From the IMG/VR virus record IMGVR_UViG_3300017971_000001, positions 1-64,000 of that record: a DNA stretch of 64,000 bases; one strand, given 5' to 3'. The notes under the pieces are model-generated. The model was not told the origin of the DNA. It did not search any database and saw nothing but the letters and a program-made list of their open reading frames with translations. This document shows positions 1 through 15,024 of the stretch, in pieces; the first letter of the stretch is position 1, and every line of letters begins with the position of its first letter. The translations under genes and the position numbers were made by a program.

Positions 1-25
1 GCCCCTTCGTTATGAGGTTTGAATC

Positions 26-736
26 ATGAGCGGTCCTCCTGCAAATCCCTGGGACGCGATCGCGCGCATGGAGCGCGAGGAGCGCGCCCGCCGTCGCTCC
101 AAGAAGAAGACGACGCGCAAGAAAGCCGCGAAGAAGAAGACAGCGAAGAAAAAGACCAAGAAAAAGACCAAGAAGAAGGTGACCCGGAAGAAGGTGACCC
201 GGAAGAAGGTCGCCAAGAAGCGTCGGACCAAGAAGGTTGCCAAGAAGAAGGCTGCCAAGAAGACCGCTCGCAAGAAGGTCGCCAAGAAGAAGACTTCCAA
301 GAAGAAGGTTTCGAAGAAGCGCGTTGCCAAGAAGGCTCGCAGGAAGAAGACCTCCTCCCGAGCGGGCACCCGCTTCCAAATGGGGCTCGAACGAAAGCGG
401 ATCAAGGTGATCGACGCTCAGGCCCGCAGGCTCGTCAGCCATGAGGTCGAAGTGATCACGCCCGACAGACTGCTCGGCTACATGCGCAAGGGCCGTAAGA
501 CCTTCTTGGTTCATGTCCCCTCGGGCGGCGCCTTAGGCTCTTCGCCCTCGAGGGCCAAGGTCGAACGCGCGGCTCACCGTGCGCTCCAGAGCGATTCGGT
601 CAAGGCGTTCCTCAAGAACCGCGCGACCAAGAACGCGATCCGGGGCGCTGGCCTGCGCGGAACTCCTATCCCCTCTTCTGTTGGCAGGAGTTCGAGCGAA
701 TTCGTGCAGATCCTGGCCGAAGAGGGCATTTCTTGA
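26..736 (+). CDS. Lys/Arg-rich histone H1-like basic protein
   Basis: ~100-aa run of KKxAKK/KKVxKK repeats followed by a small globular C-terminus. Confidence 0.7.
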   Translation: MSGPPANPWDAIARMEREERARRRSKKKTTRKKAAKKKTAKKKTKKKTKKKVTRKKVTRKKVAKKRRTKKVAKKKAAKKTARKKVAKKKTSKKKVSKKRVAKKARRKKTSSRAGTRFQMGLERKRIKVIDAQARRLVSHEVEVITPDRLLGYMRKGRKTFLVHVPSGGALGSSPSRAKVERAAHRALQSDSVKAFLKNRATKNAIRGAGLRGTPIPSSVGRSSSEFVQILAEEGIS

Positions 737-797
737 AAGTCGCGATCGGAGCAGGGGGCGCAATCTCCAGTAACCTGGAAAGTAGGAGTTAGCGTCC

Positions 798-3478
<2,681 letters not shown>

Positions 3479-3483
3479 GGTAG

Positions 3484-6225
<2,742 letters not shown>

Positions 6226-6227
6226 GC

Positions 6228-7472
6228 ATGCCTGAGACAAATTACGAATACAACGTCTCTCAGACGCAAAACAATGCGGTTGACCCGCCTAGCCTTCGCG
6301 CGGAAATCGAGGCGCCAGACAGCTTGATTCCTGTTCAGCTGTCGCAGGACCCACGCGTAACGGTCTTCAACAACATTCCGAAGCTGAACTTGTACTTCAA
6401 AGACGCGTTGGACCTTAGCGGCAAGGCGGCTCTAGACGCGATCGTCTCTGCTCATGACGGAGAGCCTTCTTTCACGATTGATCGGGTCGAGGTCTCCAAC
6501 CAGCCCAACACCCGCGAAGACGGCACGCTCTACGCCACACCGAAGCCGGCCTCGTTTGGGTTCGAAATGTGCGACCGGGACTTTCGGGTGATTTGCTCGA
6601 AGGTCGACAGCAAGGCCATGCACACCGTGGTGAACGGCGCGAACGGAAGTGTGACCTACGCTTCAGCCCGCGCTGGCTCCCAGGGCAACAACCTGACGAT
6701 CACGGTCCAGGTTGGCGACACTGGCCTGTCCGCGCTGAGCCGGCCGCTCTCGGTCGCGCGAGCGGGAGCGGACGTCGTCGTCACCTTCGGTACGGACGAA
6801 AACGGAGACTCGGTCGTTCCGACGGCGCTCGAGGTCGCCAATCTGATTAACAACGATCTTTCAATCGCGCTGTACCACATGAATGCCGTTCCTTCGGGCG
6901 ACGGCTCGGGAGAGGTGGCGGCGACGGCTCAGGCGAGCCTTTCCGGTGGGACGAACCCTTCCTGCGAAGACCTTTACGTCCGCCTCAGCACCCTCGAGGA
7001 GGTCTCTTGGGGTGAGTTGTATCAGCTGGGGGTCTGGAAGGACGGCGGGGGATCCATGGTTCCCTGCGCCGACCAGGCGGACGCGGACGCCAACGCGATC
7101 TGCACGGCCTGGGAATACGTCGCGCTCGATCCGCAGACTCAGAGCCCCTTGAAGTACGAGCTCCGCGACGGGTTCCTGGTCGTCGATCCCAGCTTTCCTG
7201 CCAACGAAATGTGGGACCACCGCTGCTACTCGGTCGCAGCCCCTTTGATCGCTGGATCCCTCGGTGGGTCGATTCGGGTGTTCGACGGATACCTCGGCCC
7301 GGCGCCGGACGGCGTCGTGGCCGCCCTGAGTCCGCAGACCGTGGTCATGGACCCGGAACTCGGCCCGGGTGCCTCCTCGATTCGGGTCTACGTTTTCTAT
7401 CCCGCAGGCAGCGCGCTGAACCACTTGATTCGTTTGGTCACTTACCGTGCCCCCGGCACCTTTCCTGACTAG
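6228..7472 (+). CDS. Hypothetical protein, probably structural
   Basis: 414-aa ORF starting 2 nt after the fibre 2 stop; beta-rich; no catalytic motif seen. Confidence 0.55.
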   Translation: MPETNYEYNVSQTQNNAVDPPSLRAEIEAPDSLIPVQLSQDPRVTVFNNIPKLNLYFKDALDLSGKAALDAIVSAHDGEPSFTIDRVEVSNQPNTREDGTLYATPKPASFGFEMCDRDFRVICSKVDSKAMHTVVNGANGSVTYASARAGSQGNNLTITVQVGDTGLSALSRPLSVARAGADVVVTFGTDENGDSVVPTALEVANLINNDLSIALYHMNAVPSGDGSGEVAATAQASLSGGTNPSCEDLYVRLSTLEEVSWGELYQLGVWKDGGGSMVPCADQADADANAICTAWEYVALDPQTQSPLKYELRDGFLVVDPSFPANEMWDHRCYSVAAPLIAGSLGGSIRVFDGYLGPAPDGVVAALSPQTVVMDPELGPGASSIRVYVFYPAGSALNHLIRLVTYRAPGTFPD

Positions 7473-7481
7473 GAGATCAGC

Positions 7482-7754
7482 ATGCCTCGAGCAGGATCCG
7501 CTGATTACGAATTCGTCGCGCTGCAGGCGGCGAACCGCGGGTTGAACGCCGCGGACAATCGCTGGTACAACCGAAAGACCAGCCTTCCCGAGGACGGTCG
7601 GCAGAGCAACTGGCGCTACGTCCGCAGTCGCCGCGTGGCGATCATGGTTCGCGGGGTCGCTGGCGGGCTCGGAGCCGGCTATCGGGAGCCGACGCGGGAC
7701 GAAATGAAGGCGGCCCTGGCGCACGCTCAGGGCATTCTCGAAGCAAGCGAATAG
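7482..7754 (+). CDS. Hypothetical protein (paralog of 7763-8065)
   Basis: AGGAG RBS; shared YVRxRxVAI motif. Confidence 0.65.
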   Translation: MPRAGSADYEFVALQAANRGLNAADNRWYNRKTSLPEDGRQSNWRYVRSRRVAIMVRGVAGGLGAGYREPTRDEMKAALAHAQGILEASE

Positions 7755-7762
7755 GAGTCGTC

Positions 7763-8065
7763 ATGTCTCGCGAGTATCCCGATCCCGAACCTAAGCGCGT
7801 CCGTCACGCGGAGTGGGACTATGTCGCCGCCCAGGCGCGCAAGGGCGCCGTCTGCAAGTGGTGCAAGGGCTGGCACCTTGCCAGCGACGGGAGGGCTGAG
7901 AGCGGCGACTGTCCTGGCGTTTACGTGCGCCACCGGAACGTCGCGATCATTGTGCTGGGAATCCCCAACACGCGGGCGGGTCAGTTGGGTCAGGCTCGCC
8001 AGGCTCCCGGAAAGCGCGACGTGCAGCGCTGCCTGGCCGCGGCGATCCAGGATAAGAACGGTTGA
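7763..8065 (+). CDS. Hypothetical protein (paralog of 7482-7754) with CxxC
   Basis: AGGAG RBS; shared YVRxRxVAI motif. Confidence 0.65.
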   Translation: MSREYPDPEPKRVRHAEWDYVAAQARKGAVCKWCKGWHLASDGRAESGDCPGVYVRHRNVAIIVLGIPNTRAGQLGQARQAPGKRDVQRCLAAAIQDKNG

Positions 8066-8631
8066 GCGAGCTCGACTACTGGCGCGAAGGCCGCGGCCTC
8101 GGCCACATTACCCCTCCCGGTTGCGACTGGCCCGAGGGGTTCAACGTGATCGAGTGGCTCAGGAAGTCGCTCGGAGGATACTCCAGCGTCCTCGAGTTCG
8201 GCTGCGGCCGCGGGCGCCTCGCGCCGGCGTTTCGTGACGACCAGTACCTCGGCGTGGACGTCAGCGAAGACGCGCTCGCTCTGGCGCATGAAGCAGAGCC
8301 CCGCAAGGCCTTCTTGCATTTGAGCCCCAAGGCGCCGACGCTGCCGCGCGCTGAGGCCGCTTTCGCCTACACGGTCCTGCTGCACGTTTCAGACGAAAGG
8401 ATCGAGCAGACGGTCTGCCGGCTGGTCGCTGCCGCTCCCGTGGTCTACGTGGTCGAGATCATGGGGAGGGAGTGGCGCCGATCCGGGGATCCGCCTGTGT
8501 TCAATCGGGAGTGGCGCGAATACGTGAACATGTTCCGTCGGGCGGGGTGCCACAAGGCCGAGGTCGTTGAAGAGTTGCCCTGCAGGCGCTACGGCGGGAC
8601 GAAGTTCACGGTGCTGCGCGCGGAGCGCTGA
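8062..8631 (+). CDS. Class I SAM-dependent methyltransferase
   Basis: Motif I VLEFGCGRG, motif II YLGVDVS, later YTVLLH. Confidence 0.85.
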   Translation: MSELDYWREGRGLGHITPPGCDWPEGFNVIEWLRKSLGGYSSVLEFGCGRGRLAPAFRDDQYLGVDVSEDALALAHEAEPRKAFLHLSPKAPTLPRAEAAFAYTVLLHVSDERIEQTVCRLVAAAPVVYVVEIMGREWRRSGDPPVFNREWREYVNMFRRAGCHKAEVVEELPCRRYGGTKFTVLRAER

Positions 8632-8687
8632 CCCACCCGTTGCTCGTTTTGCCTCGGAAGCGAGAATCCTGATCAAAGGATTCTTCC

Positions 8688-10313
8688 ATGCCCAGCAGCG
8701 CCCCGGACCACATTAGCCTCCTCTGCAAGAAGCTCCTCGAGCTCAAGCCGCAGACGATTCTCGACGTCGGCGTTGGTTATGGGAAGCTCGGCTTCCTTGC
8801 GCGCGAATACCTCGAGTCGTGGAACGACCGAGTTCACCCCCGGGACTGGAGGGTCCAGGTCTACGGAATTGAGGCCTGGGAGCCTTACACGACGCTGCCT
8901 TGGTATGAAAATTTCTACAACGGCGTCTACCAGGGAACGCTTCAGTCCTGGTGCGACGAGCGAGAACAGGGCGTCGACCCGGACGACCCAGAGGCCTTCG
9001 ACGTGGTCGTCGCGGGAGACGTGATCGAGCACCTGGAGAAAGAAGAGGCGCTTCACTGCCTCAAATTCTTGCTCAAGCAGTGCAAGGGCGAGCTCCTGCT
9101 CTCGCTGCCGATCGGACCTGACTGGCTGGACAACCAAGTCGTCGACGGGAACCCCTTTGAGAAACACCGCTCGTCCTGGAGCGTTTCTGAGATCGAGAAG
9201 ATCGTTCCTCCGGGTCACGTCACGATCCGCCAGCGCTATGGGACGGAGCGGCGCCCGGTCTATTTCTTCGCACTGAAGGGCCAGTACGAGCGCCCGCTTC
9301 CCAAGGTCCCGACGCGCACGGTCGAACAGGCTCCGTTCCGCCGCTCCCCTGAGCGCGACAAGATCCTGCATGTTCACAACGTTCGCCGCTGCGGCGGCAC
9401 GGGGAATTTCGTCTACGACTTCGCGACGGCGTTCCCCGAGTTCCGGCACGTCGCGCTCTGCGTCAACGATCCCGTCGGCGACGCGAGTTGGATCAACGCG
9501 ACGAGTCAGCGCATGCGCGGCATGTATGCCCCCATGCTCACGCCGGAGATCGTCGACGAGATCAACCCTGCCGTGATCGTTCTTCATTGCACGTCGGGCA
9601 AGCGGATCGGAACCGGCGACCCGAAGGCTGACTGGCCTTACCCCTGGCTGAGCGACGGTGGGCGCCGCTACGTGATCTCGTGGCACCACATTCCCACCTA
9701 CCCGCTCATGCCGGCTGACCTCGACGTCTTCGTTTCGGAGCATGTCCGAGCGCGCTACAGCGAATTCCTGAAGCGAATGAACCGGCACGTCACGATCCCG
9801 CCCTGCATGGACTTGAAGCTGATCGCGAACAGGTCGAATATGGCCAGGACGTTCCACCGGACCTTCACCAGCGGCGGCAAGGCGGGGCCTGATTTGAGGA
9901 ACTTCTTGCGCCCGGCGTGGACGGGGGATCACAATCCGCCCGGGACGCTTGGGGCAGCAGTTGACTATCTCGCCAACTTTCCGTTCGCCGTGATCTGGAG
10001 TGGCGAGCAGGAGACGTGGTGCAGGACGGTCACGGAGGCCATGGCGGCGGGCTGCGTCGTCGCTGCTCACCGGGCCGGGGCGATCCCCGAGCAGATCACG
10101 CACAACGAAAACGGGTTCCTGTTCGACGACGCGGCCGGCCTTCACGAAATCATGGAGAAGTGGGAGCAGTGCATGGCCACCGGCGCAGGACAGGACGAAC
10201 TTCGCCAGATTCGCGAGAAAGGTCAGCGCTGGGCGCTGGCGAACGCCGACCTCGACACCTTGCGCCACAAGCTCTACCCCTTTCTGGTGCGCGGCGTGAT
10301 CGGAGGCGTCTAG
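8688..10313 (+). CDS. SAM methyltransferase fused to a GT-B (GT4-like) glycosyltransferase
   Basis: ILDVGVGYG and GDVIEHL in the N-terminal half; ETWCRTVTEAMAAG (Ex7E) and GAIPEQITHNENGFLF in the C-terminal half. Confidence 0.85.
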   Translation: MPSSAPDHISLLCKKLLELKPQTILDVGVGYGKLGFLAREYLESWNDRVHPRDWRVQVYGIEAWEPYTTLPWYENFYNGVYQGTLQSWCDEREQGVDPDDPEAFDVVVAGDVIEHLEKEEALHCLKFLLKQCKGELLLSLPIGPDWLDNQVVDGNPFEKHRSSWSVSEIEKIVPPGHVTIRQRYGTERRPVYFFALKGQYERPLPKVPTRTVEQAPFRRSPERDKILHVHNVRRCGGTGNFVYDFATAFPEFRHVALCVNDPVGDASWINATSQRMRGMYAPMLTPEIVDEINPAVIVLHCTSGKRIGTGDPKADWPYPWLSDGGRRYVISWHHIPTYPLMPADLDVFVSEHVRARYSEFLKRMNRHVTIPPCMDLKLIANRSNMARTFHRTFTSGGKAGPDLRNFLRPAWTGDHNPPGTLGAAVDYLANFPFAVIWSGEQETWCRTVTEAMAAGCVVAAHRAGAIPEQITHNENGFLFDDAAGLHEIMEKWEQCMATGAGQDELRQIREKGQRWALANADLDTLRHKLYPFLVRGVIGGV

Positions 10314-11113
10314 TGTTCTACCGCTACACACAGGCCGGAGCCCGGATCGCCGTCGATCTCCAGGACCTCTACGCCGGGCAGACTCTGTTCCTGATCGGAG
10401 GGAGTCCGATCCTGTCCTCGCTGCCGATGTACTTGCTCCGGCGCGAGGGTGTGATTTCCCTAGGCCTCAATAATGTGCCGCTGGCGCACAGCAGTCCGCA
10501 CCTCTGGGTCGGGGCGGACAAGCCCGAGTGCTTCTCGCCGCACATTTTGCTCTCGCCCGAGATCATGAAGTTCGCCATGATCTCGCGCCGCGATCTTCTT
10601 GTCCCGGGTACAGAGACGAAGTTGCGCCAGGCGCCGAATATGTTCTTCTTCAGCAGCAAGGAGAAGGTGTTCACCTACGAAAACTACTTCAAGGTCGATC
10701 GGGACTTTGCTTGGTGGCGCTCAACCTTCATGATCGCGATCCAGCTGGCCTACAAGCTCGGCTTCCGCCGCGTCTGCCTCGTCGGCTGCTCCATGCGCAT
10801 GGACACCAGGGGCTACCAAGACCTCGAGGGCGGCCAGTACGCCTGGGAGACGAGGCTCAGCGCCGACGAGGCGCAATACAGCCAGAACAGCTATACGCGA
10901 GACGTCGGACGTATGAAGGAGTTGATTCCTTCTATGAAGAAAGCGGGTCTTAAGATCGTGTCTTGCACACCGGACAGCGCGCTCCATGAGGTCGGGTTCG
11001 AGTTCGAGCCGCTGAGCGAGGCGGTCGCCAAGGTGAGAGAGGCGCTGCCGCGCCGCGCCAGACCGGAGGAGCTCAAGCACAGCAGCGCCTTCAAGAAGGT
11101 GAACAAGGGGTAG
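10313..11113 (+). CDS. Maf/DUF115-like glycosylation-associated protein
   Basis: GTG overlaps the upstream TAG; FLIGGSPIL, SLGLNN and AYKLGFRRVCLVGCSM resemble the DUF115/Maf core. Confidence 0.6.
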   Translation: MFYRYTQAGARIAVDLQDLYAGQTLFLIGGSPILSSLPMYLLRREGVISLGLNNVPLAHSSPHLWVGADKPECFSPHILLSPEIMKFAMISRRDLLVPGTETKLRQAPNMFFFSSKEKVFTYENYFKVDRDFAWWRSTFMIAIQLAYKLGFRRVCLVGCSMRMDTRGYQDLEGGQYAWETRLSADEAQYSQNSYTRDVGRMKELIPSMKKAGLKIVSCTPDSALHEVGFEFEPLSEAVAKVREALPRRARPEELKHSSAFKKVNKG

Positions 11114-11147
11114 TGGCAGGGCCCCGATCTCGATTCAGAATCGAGGC

Positions 11148-12038
11148 ATGAAGCTCCTCAGTCAATACGGCGGCGGGATCCGCGGTGTCCTTGAAGTTCG
11201 GCTCATGCGGCGGATTGCTGCGGAGGTCCCCAGATTCGTTGACCTCCCTGACAAATTGGGCGGTGCCTCGATCGGCGGGATCAATGCGCTCTGGCTGGCG
11301 GCGGGCAAGGGGCTCGACGAACTCGAGGACTTCTATCACCGAAACGCCGAGACGATCTTCAAGTCTCGCGGCGTGCTGGACGATCTGACGCCCGACGAGC
11401 TCTTCCGAGCCAACTTCGCGCACGAGGACATTTACGGCGTCCTGACCGAAGCGTTCGGCGACCTCAAAATGGGCGAGCTCGGGAAGCCCGTCCTGATCCC
11501 TTCGTTCGACATGGTCAGCTGGGACTGCAAGTTCTGGACGCGTGGCGACAAGGACGTCTTGGTCCGCGACGTGGCCCGCATGACCAGTGCGGCGCCGACC
11601 TACTGGCCGACGCACCTGTGGAACCTCGACGGCGGCGTGTTCAACAACAACCCCAGCGACTCACTCGTCGCCGAAGCTCACTTCGAACTCCGCTCGGCCG
11701 GCGTCGCCGATCCTTGCAAGGAGATCAGCTGCCTCTCGGTCAGCACGGGTCGCGTACCGCATACTCCGCCAAGCGAGGACCCCGACTGGGACGCCGGGGT
11801 GACCGACATGCTCCCGTTGCTGCTGGACGTGATCTTCGACGGCGGGGTCCGCGCGAGCCATGGGCGCACCAAGCGAATGCTGGGCGAGCGCTACCACCTG
11901 GTCGAGCCGGCGCTCCCTGGTGTGATCAGCCTCAGCGACGCTGGTGAAATCCCGCTCCTGCTGCGGATCGCGGACCTGTTCGACATTGACGAGGCGGTCG
12001 AATGGGTTCGGCGTAACTGGCTGGCAGGGACGGCCTAA
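11148..12038 (+). CDS. Patatin-like phospholipase
   Basis: GGGIRG loop, GASIG (GxSxG) nucleophile elbow, SAAPTY, DGG catalytic Asp. Confidence 0.92.
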   Translation: MKLLSQYGGGIRGVLEVRLMRRIAAEVPRFVDLPDKLGGASIGGINALWLAAGKGLDELEDFYHRNAETIFKSRGVLDDLTPDELFRANFAHEDIYGVLTEAFGDLKMGELGKPVLIPSFDMVSWDCKFWTRGDKDVLVRDVARMTSAAPTYWPTHLWNLDGGVFNNNPSDSLVAEAHFELRSAGVADPCKEISCLSVSTGRVPHTPPSEDPDWDAGVTDMLPLLLDVIFDGGVRASHGRTKRMLGERYHLVEPALPGVISLSDAGEIPLLLRIADLFDIDEAVEWVRRNWLAGTA

Positions 12039-12068
12039 TACGCGAGGATAGAGTCAGGGAGGCTCTGC

Positions 12069-13073
12069 ATGAGCTACTTGACCATGAGCGACCTCAGCAA
12101 CTTTGAGGACGCCTACGCGCGAGAGCGCGCCCGAACCGGTATGCGCCAAGGCGCGTCCCGTCACCACAGGACTCGCCGAGAAATGGTCGGCGGGCGAATG
12201 GCCCCGCCTGGATTCTCGACGATCGCGCGTCGCGCCGGTTCAGAGGCGACGCTCCGGCCAGGCGATCCCGGTTATTACGGAGGCGCCCGCGCCGTTCGCG
12301 AGACACGGGGCGGGTTCGTTGACACGCTGAAGCGAGCGTTCGGCGGCGGGAAGCCGGGCAAGCGGTCCGATCCGGGGCGGAAGCAATACAGCTGGCACGA
12401 CACCCCGAACTACTCACGTTATGACGGGGAGAGCGTGTCGGTCGTGGGTAGAGCGCGCGTTCTGGACCCGAAGACGGGTCGCTACCGCTGGAAGTATCGG
12501 ATCGAGGAGCCTGCCGCGATCGACGCTGGGCCGAACCGCTACGACGCGCCTTCGGCCTCCCCGGCGACTCCGACCCGAGCCCGACGCACGATCACACGCG
12601 CAAGAGCGACTCGCCGATCGACCCAAACCCTGGACCGCGAGCTCGCTGAATCCAGGCGCCGCGAGCAGCGCGCCCGCTACGAGAACCGTATGTACGCCCG
12701 CGCCATGGAGCAGGGTTGGAGCGATAGCTTCCGCGACCGCATGATCGCCCGCGGCGTCCCTGCAGACCGAGCCAAGGCGCTGTGGGAGATCGAGAAAAAG
12801 CGGAAGCCTCCCAGGGTCCCTGCATTCGCCCCCCGCGAGACCTCCCTGCCCTCCGGAACGTCACTTCCGGGCATGGAGCCTTACCGCCCCTCGACGTCGA
12901 TCGCGGCGCGCCAGGCGACTCAGGCGCGCTCGGGCGTTCCGATCGGCCTCCCGGCGCGAAGTTTCCCGCTTCGTTCGACGACGGGCCCTGTTGGGACCCA
13001 GTACACTGTCAGCACGGGATACATGAGCCGCCCGTTCACGCAGACCGGCGGTTCGACCGTGTATCGTCGATAG
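12069..13073 (+). CDS. Arg-rich low-complexity hypothetical protein (putative core protein)
   Basis: GGAGG RBS; basic, probably disordered composition. Confidence 0.6.
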   Translation: MSYLTMSDLSNFEDAYARERARTGMRQGASRHHRTRREMVGGRMAPPGFSTIARRAGSEATLRPGDPGYYGGARAVRETRGGFVDTLKRAFGGGKPGKRSDPGRKQYSWHDTPNYSRYDGESVSVVGRARVLDPKTGRYRWKYRIEEPAAIDAGPNRYDAPSASPATPTRARRTITRARATRRSTQTLDRELAESRRREQRARYENRMYARAMEQGWSDSFRDRMIARGVPADRAKALWEIEKKRKPPRVPAFAPRETSLPSGTSLPGMEPYRPSTSIAARQATQARSGVPIGLPARSFPLRSTTGPVGTQYTVSTGYMSRPFTQTGGSTVYRR

Positions 13074-13082
13074 GAGGCGGTC

Positions 13083-13265
13083 GTGAGGCGGCGCAGCCAG
13101 AGTCTGAAGAGAAAGCTGATCAACGCTCGCCGAGTCGTCATGACTCCAGAGCAGCGTGAGCGGCAGCGCCGCGCCTTCGCCTACGGGAACGCCAAGCTAT
13201 CGGACCCAGGCCTGACTCGCGCAGACGTCGAGCGCATTGCCGATCAACTCAAGGAGGGCCTGTGA
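13083..13265 (+). CDS. Small basic hypothetical protein
   Basis: AGGAGG RBS; coupled to the next gene. Confidence 0.55.
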   Translation: MRRRSQSLKRKLINARRVVMTPEQRERQRRAFAYGNAKLSDPGLTRADVERIADQLKEGL

Positions 13266-14113
13266 GCCACTTCGAGTTCAACAAGATCCGGATCGCCCCC
13301 TCGCCCCACTACGAGGGAATGACGCCGGTTGAGCGCAAGCTCCTGCACGAGCGATTGGTCAAGGCCATGGGGACCGCCAGAGCTCGAGCCTATCTGGACG
13401 GGGCGGCCAAGCGCTACCAGGCGATCATGCGCAACTACCACGGCGTCGACACCGGAATGTCTGGCATGGGCCAGTTCCAGCGTCGGCAGCTGTATCGCGA
13501 TCGCTACGGCAGGCTCCGCCAGCGTTCGGCGGGCTTGGACTACGGCCGCCTGACCCGCTCGCCTGTTCAATACGGCGACAACCGCCTCCTCCGCCAGCAG
13601 TGGTCCTACCAGCGAGGCACGAGTTCGGAGGACCGCTCCTCCTACGAGCGACTCCGCCGCGCCCAGGAAGCGGAGCGCCAGGCGGGCGTGTTCGGCCCCG
13701 CGCGCCAGGCGGGCACAAACCTGAACAAGTGGAAGAGCTACGAGCAGGCCCGCCAGCGCTACGAGCAGCGCCGCAAGCAGCAGGCGCAGCAGAAGGCTCA
13801 ACAGCAGAAGGTTCAGCAGCAACGGAAGCAGCAGCAACAGAAGCAGCAAAAGAAGGCTGCTGAGGAGGCCAAGAAGCAGCAAGGCTTTAAGGCTCCTTCC
13901 TGGGGCGCTTCGGATCGTCCTAAGGTCTACACGCCGCCGGCTGGGTCGAACCTAATCGCTCAGATTCAGGCCAGGGGCCGCGGCGGTTACAGGGGCCCGA
14001 CGCGAGGCGTGCTGCGCTCGAGCGGGCCTCCTTCGAGCGGGGGTGGGACCTACTACGCGCTCAGCGGGCTGGGCGACCTCGGGTGCTGCGGCGGCTGCAC
14101 GGGCCTTGGCTGA
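13262..14113 (+). CDS. Gln/Arg-rich protein with GMG/GLG motifs and a Cys/Gly C-terminus
   Basis: QQKAQQQK tract; MSGMG; ends LSGLGDLGCCGGCTGLG. Confidence 0.65.
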   Translation: MSHFEFNKIRIAPSPHYEGMTPVERKLLHERLVKAMGTARARAYLDGAAKRYQAIMRNYHGVDTGMSGMGQFQRRQLYRDRYGRLRQRSAGLDYGRLTRSPVQYGDNRLLRQQWSYQRGTSSEDRSSYERLRRAQEAERQAGVFGPARQAGTNLNKWKSYEQARQRYEQRRKQQAQQKAQQQKVQQQRKQQQQKQQKKAAEEAKKQQGFKAPSWGASDRPKVYTPPAGSNLIAQIQARGRGGYRGPTRGVLRSSGPPSSGGGTYYALSGLGDLGCCGGCTGLG

Positions 14114-14155
14114 GGCGGCGGATACTACTAGCCGCCCGTGAGGCGGTTCTTACCT

Positions 14156-14311
14156 ATGAAGAATTTCCACCTGCCTTCTTTCCTGCTCGGTCTCGGCGCG
14201 TTCGTCGCTGTGAGTTACGTTGCTCATTGCTATTTCGACCTAGGCCCTTGGCCTTGTCAGAGTGCTGATCCGCGCCACCTCGGAAACCTCAAGAAGATTC
14301 GCGCTGCGTGA
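14156..14311 (+). CDS. Small membrane protein (51 aa, not in the ORF track)
   Basis: MKNFHLPSFLLGLGAFVAVSYV...; its TGA overlaps the GTG at 14308. Confidence 0.55.
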   Translation: MKNFHLPSFLLGLGAFVAVSYVAHCYFDLGPWPCQSADPRHLGNLKKIRAA

Positions 14312-15024
14312 AGGTCTATCAAACTCACCCGACGATCGACGCCGCCGAGGTCTTGCCGAACCTGTGGATCGGCAGCCAGGCGCCTACTGGATCCGCGCTT
14401 CGCGACGGAGGGTTCGACGTCCTCGTCTTGTGCGCGGAAGAGTGGCAGCCCGCGGCCAGCAAGTTCAAGGGGATCCGCGTCCACCACGCCCCCTTTGACG
14501 ACGATTCGGAGGGCATGACCCAAGGAGAGCTCGACACGGCCGCTACGGCGGCGTTCGAGACGCTGCGGCACCTCAGGAAGGGCCGCCGGGTCCTGGTGAC
14601 CTGTTGGGCCGGACGGAATCGATCGGGACTCGTGACGGCCTGGGCGCTGTCCATGTACACCGGACTCGATCCCGCGCTCGCCGGCGAGGCGGTGCGCGAG
14701 GCGCGTGGGAGCGCCGCGTTGACGAACCCGCACTTCGTGGACGTGCTCAACCAGCTGCGCGAGGACGACTGCCAGCTTTGCGAGGCCGAAGAGATCACGC
14801 GTCGCTATCACGAGGACTCTCTCTGCTGGGTCGCAGACTGCGCGACCTGCGGGGTTCCTATGGTCGTGCTGCGCCGTCATTCGACGCAGCCAACTCGGCG
14901 CGAGGTCGCGCACATGCTCGACATGCTGCAGCTGTGCTGCCCACCGCACAAGAAGGGATATTCGATCGACCTCGAGCGTCGCTCGATCCCGGATCACTGG
15001 CACTGCCACGCGAGGCCCAAGTGA
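14308..15024 (+). CDS. Dual-specificity (CX5R) phosphatase fused to a HIT-like domain
   Basis: LWIGS, PFDD, VLVTCWAGRNRSG; C-terminal CxxC..CxxC and HWHCH. Confidence 0.85.
   Translation: MKVYQTHPTIDAAEVLPNLWIGSQAPTGSALRDGGFDVLVLCAEEWQPAASKFKGIRVHHAPFDDDSEGMTQGELDTAATAAFETLRHLRKGRRVLVTCWAGRNRSGLVTAWALSMYTGLDPALAGEAVREARGSAALTNPHFVDVLNQLREDDCQLCEAEEITRRYHEDSLCWVADCATCGVPMVVLRRHSTQPTRREVAHMLDMLQLCCPPHKKGYSIDLERRSIPDHWHCHARPK

Noticed and set aside
6228-7472. Major capsid or tail sheath call for this ORF or for 35143-36783
   Set aside because: No HK97, double-jelly-roll or sheath motif was recognisable by eye; it needs an HHpred or Foldseek search.
8673-10331. Long antisense ORFs (also 24348-25784, 32949-34292, 41949-42905, 48237-49205, 49753-50931)
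   Set aside because: Each lies fully opposite a gene with recognisable motifs, as expected from high GC3 codon bias.
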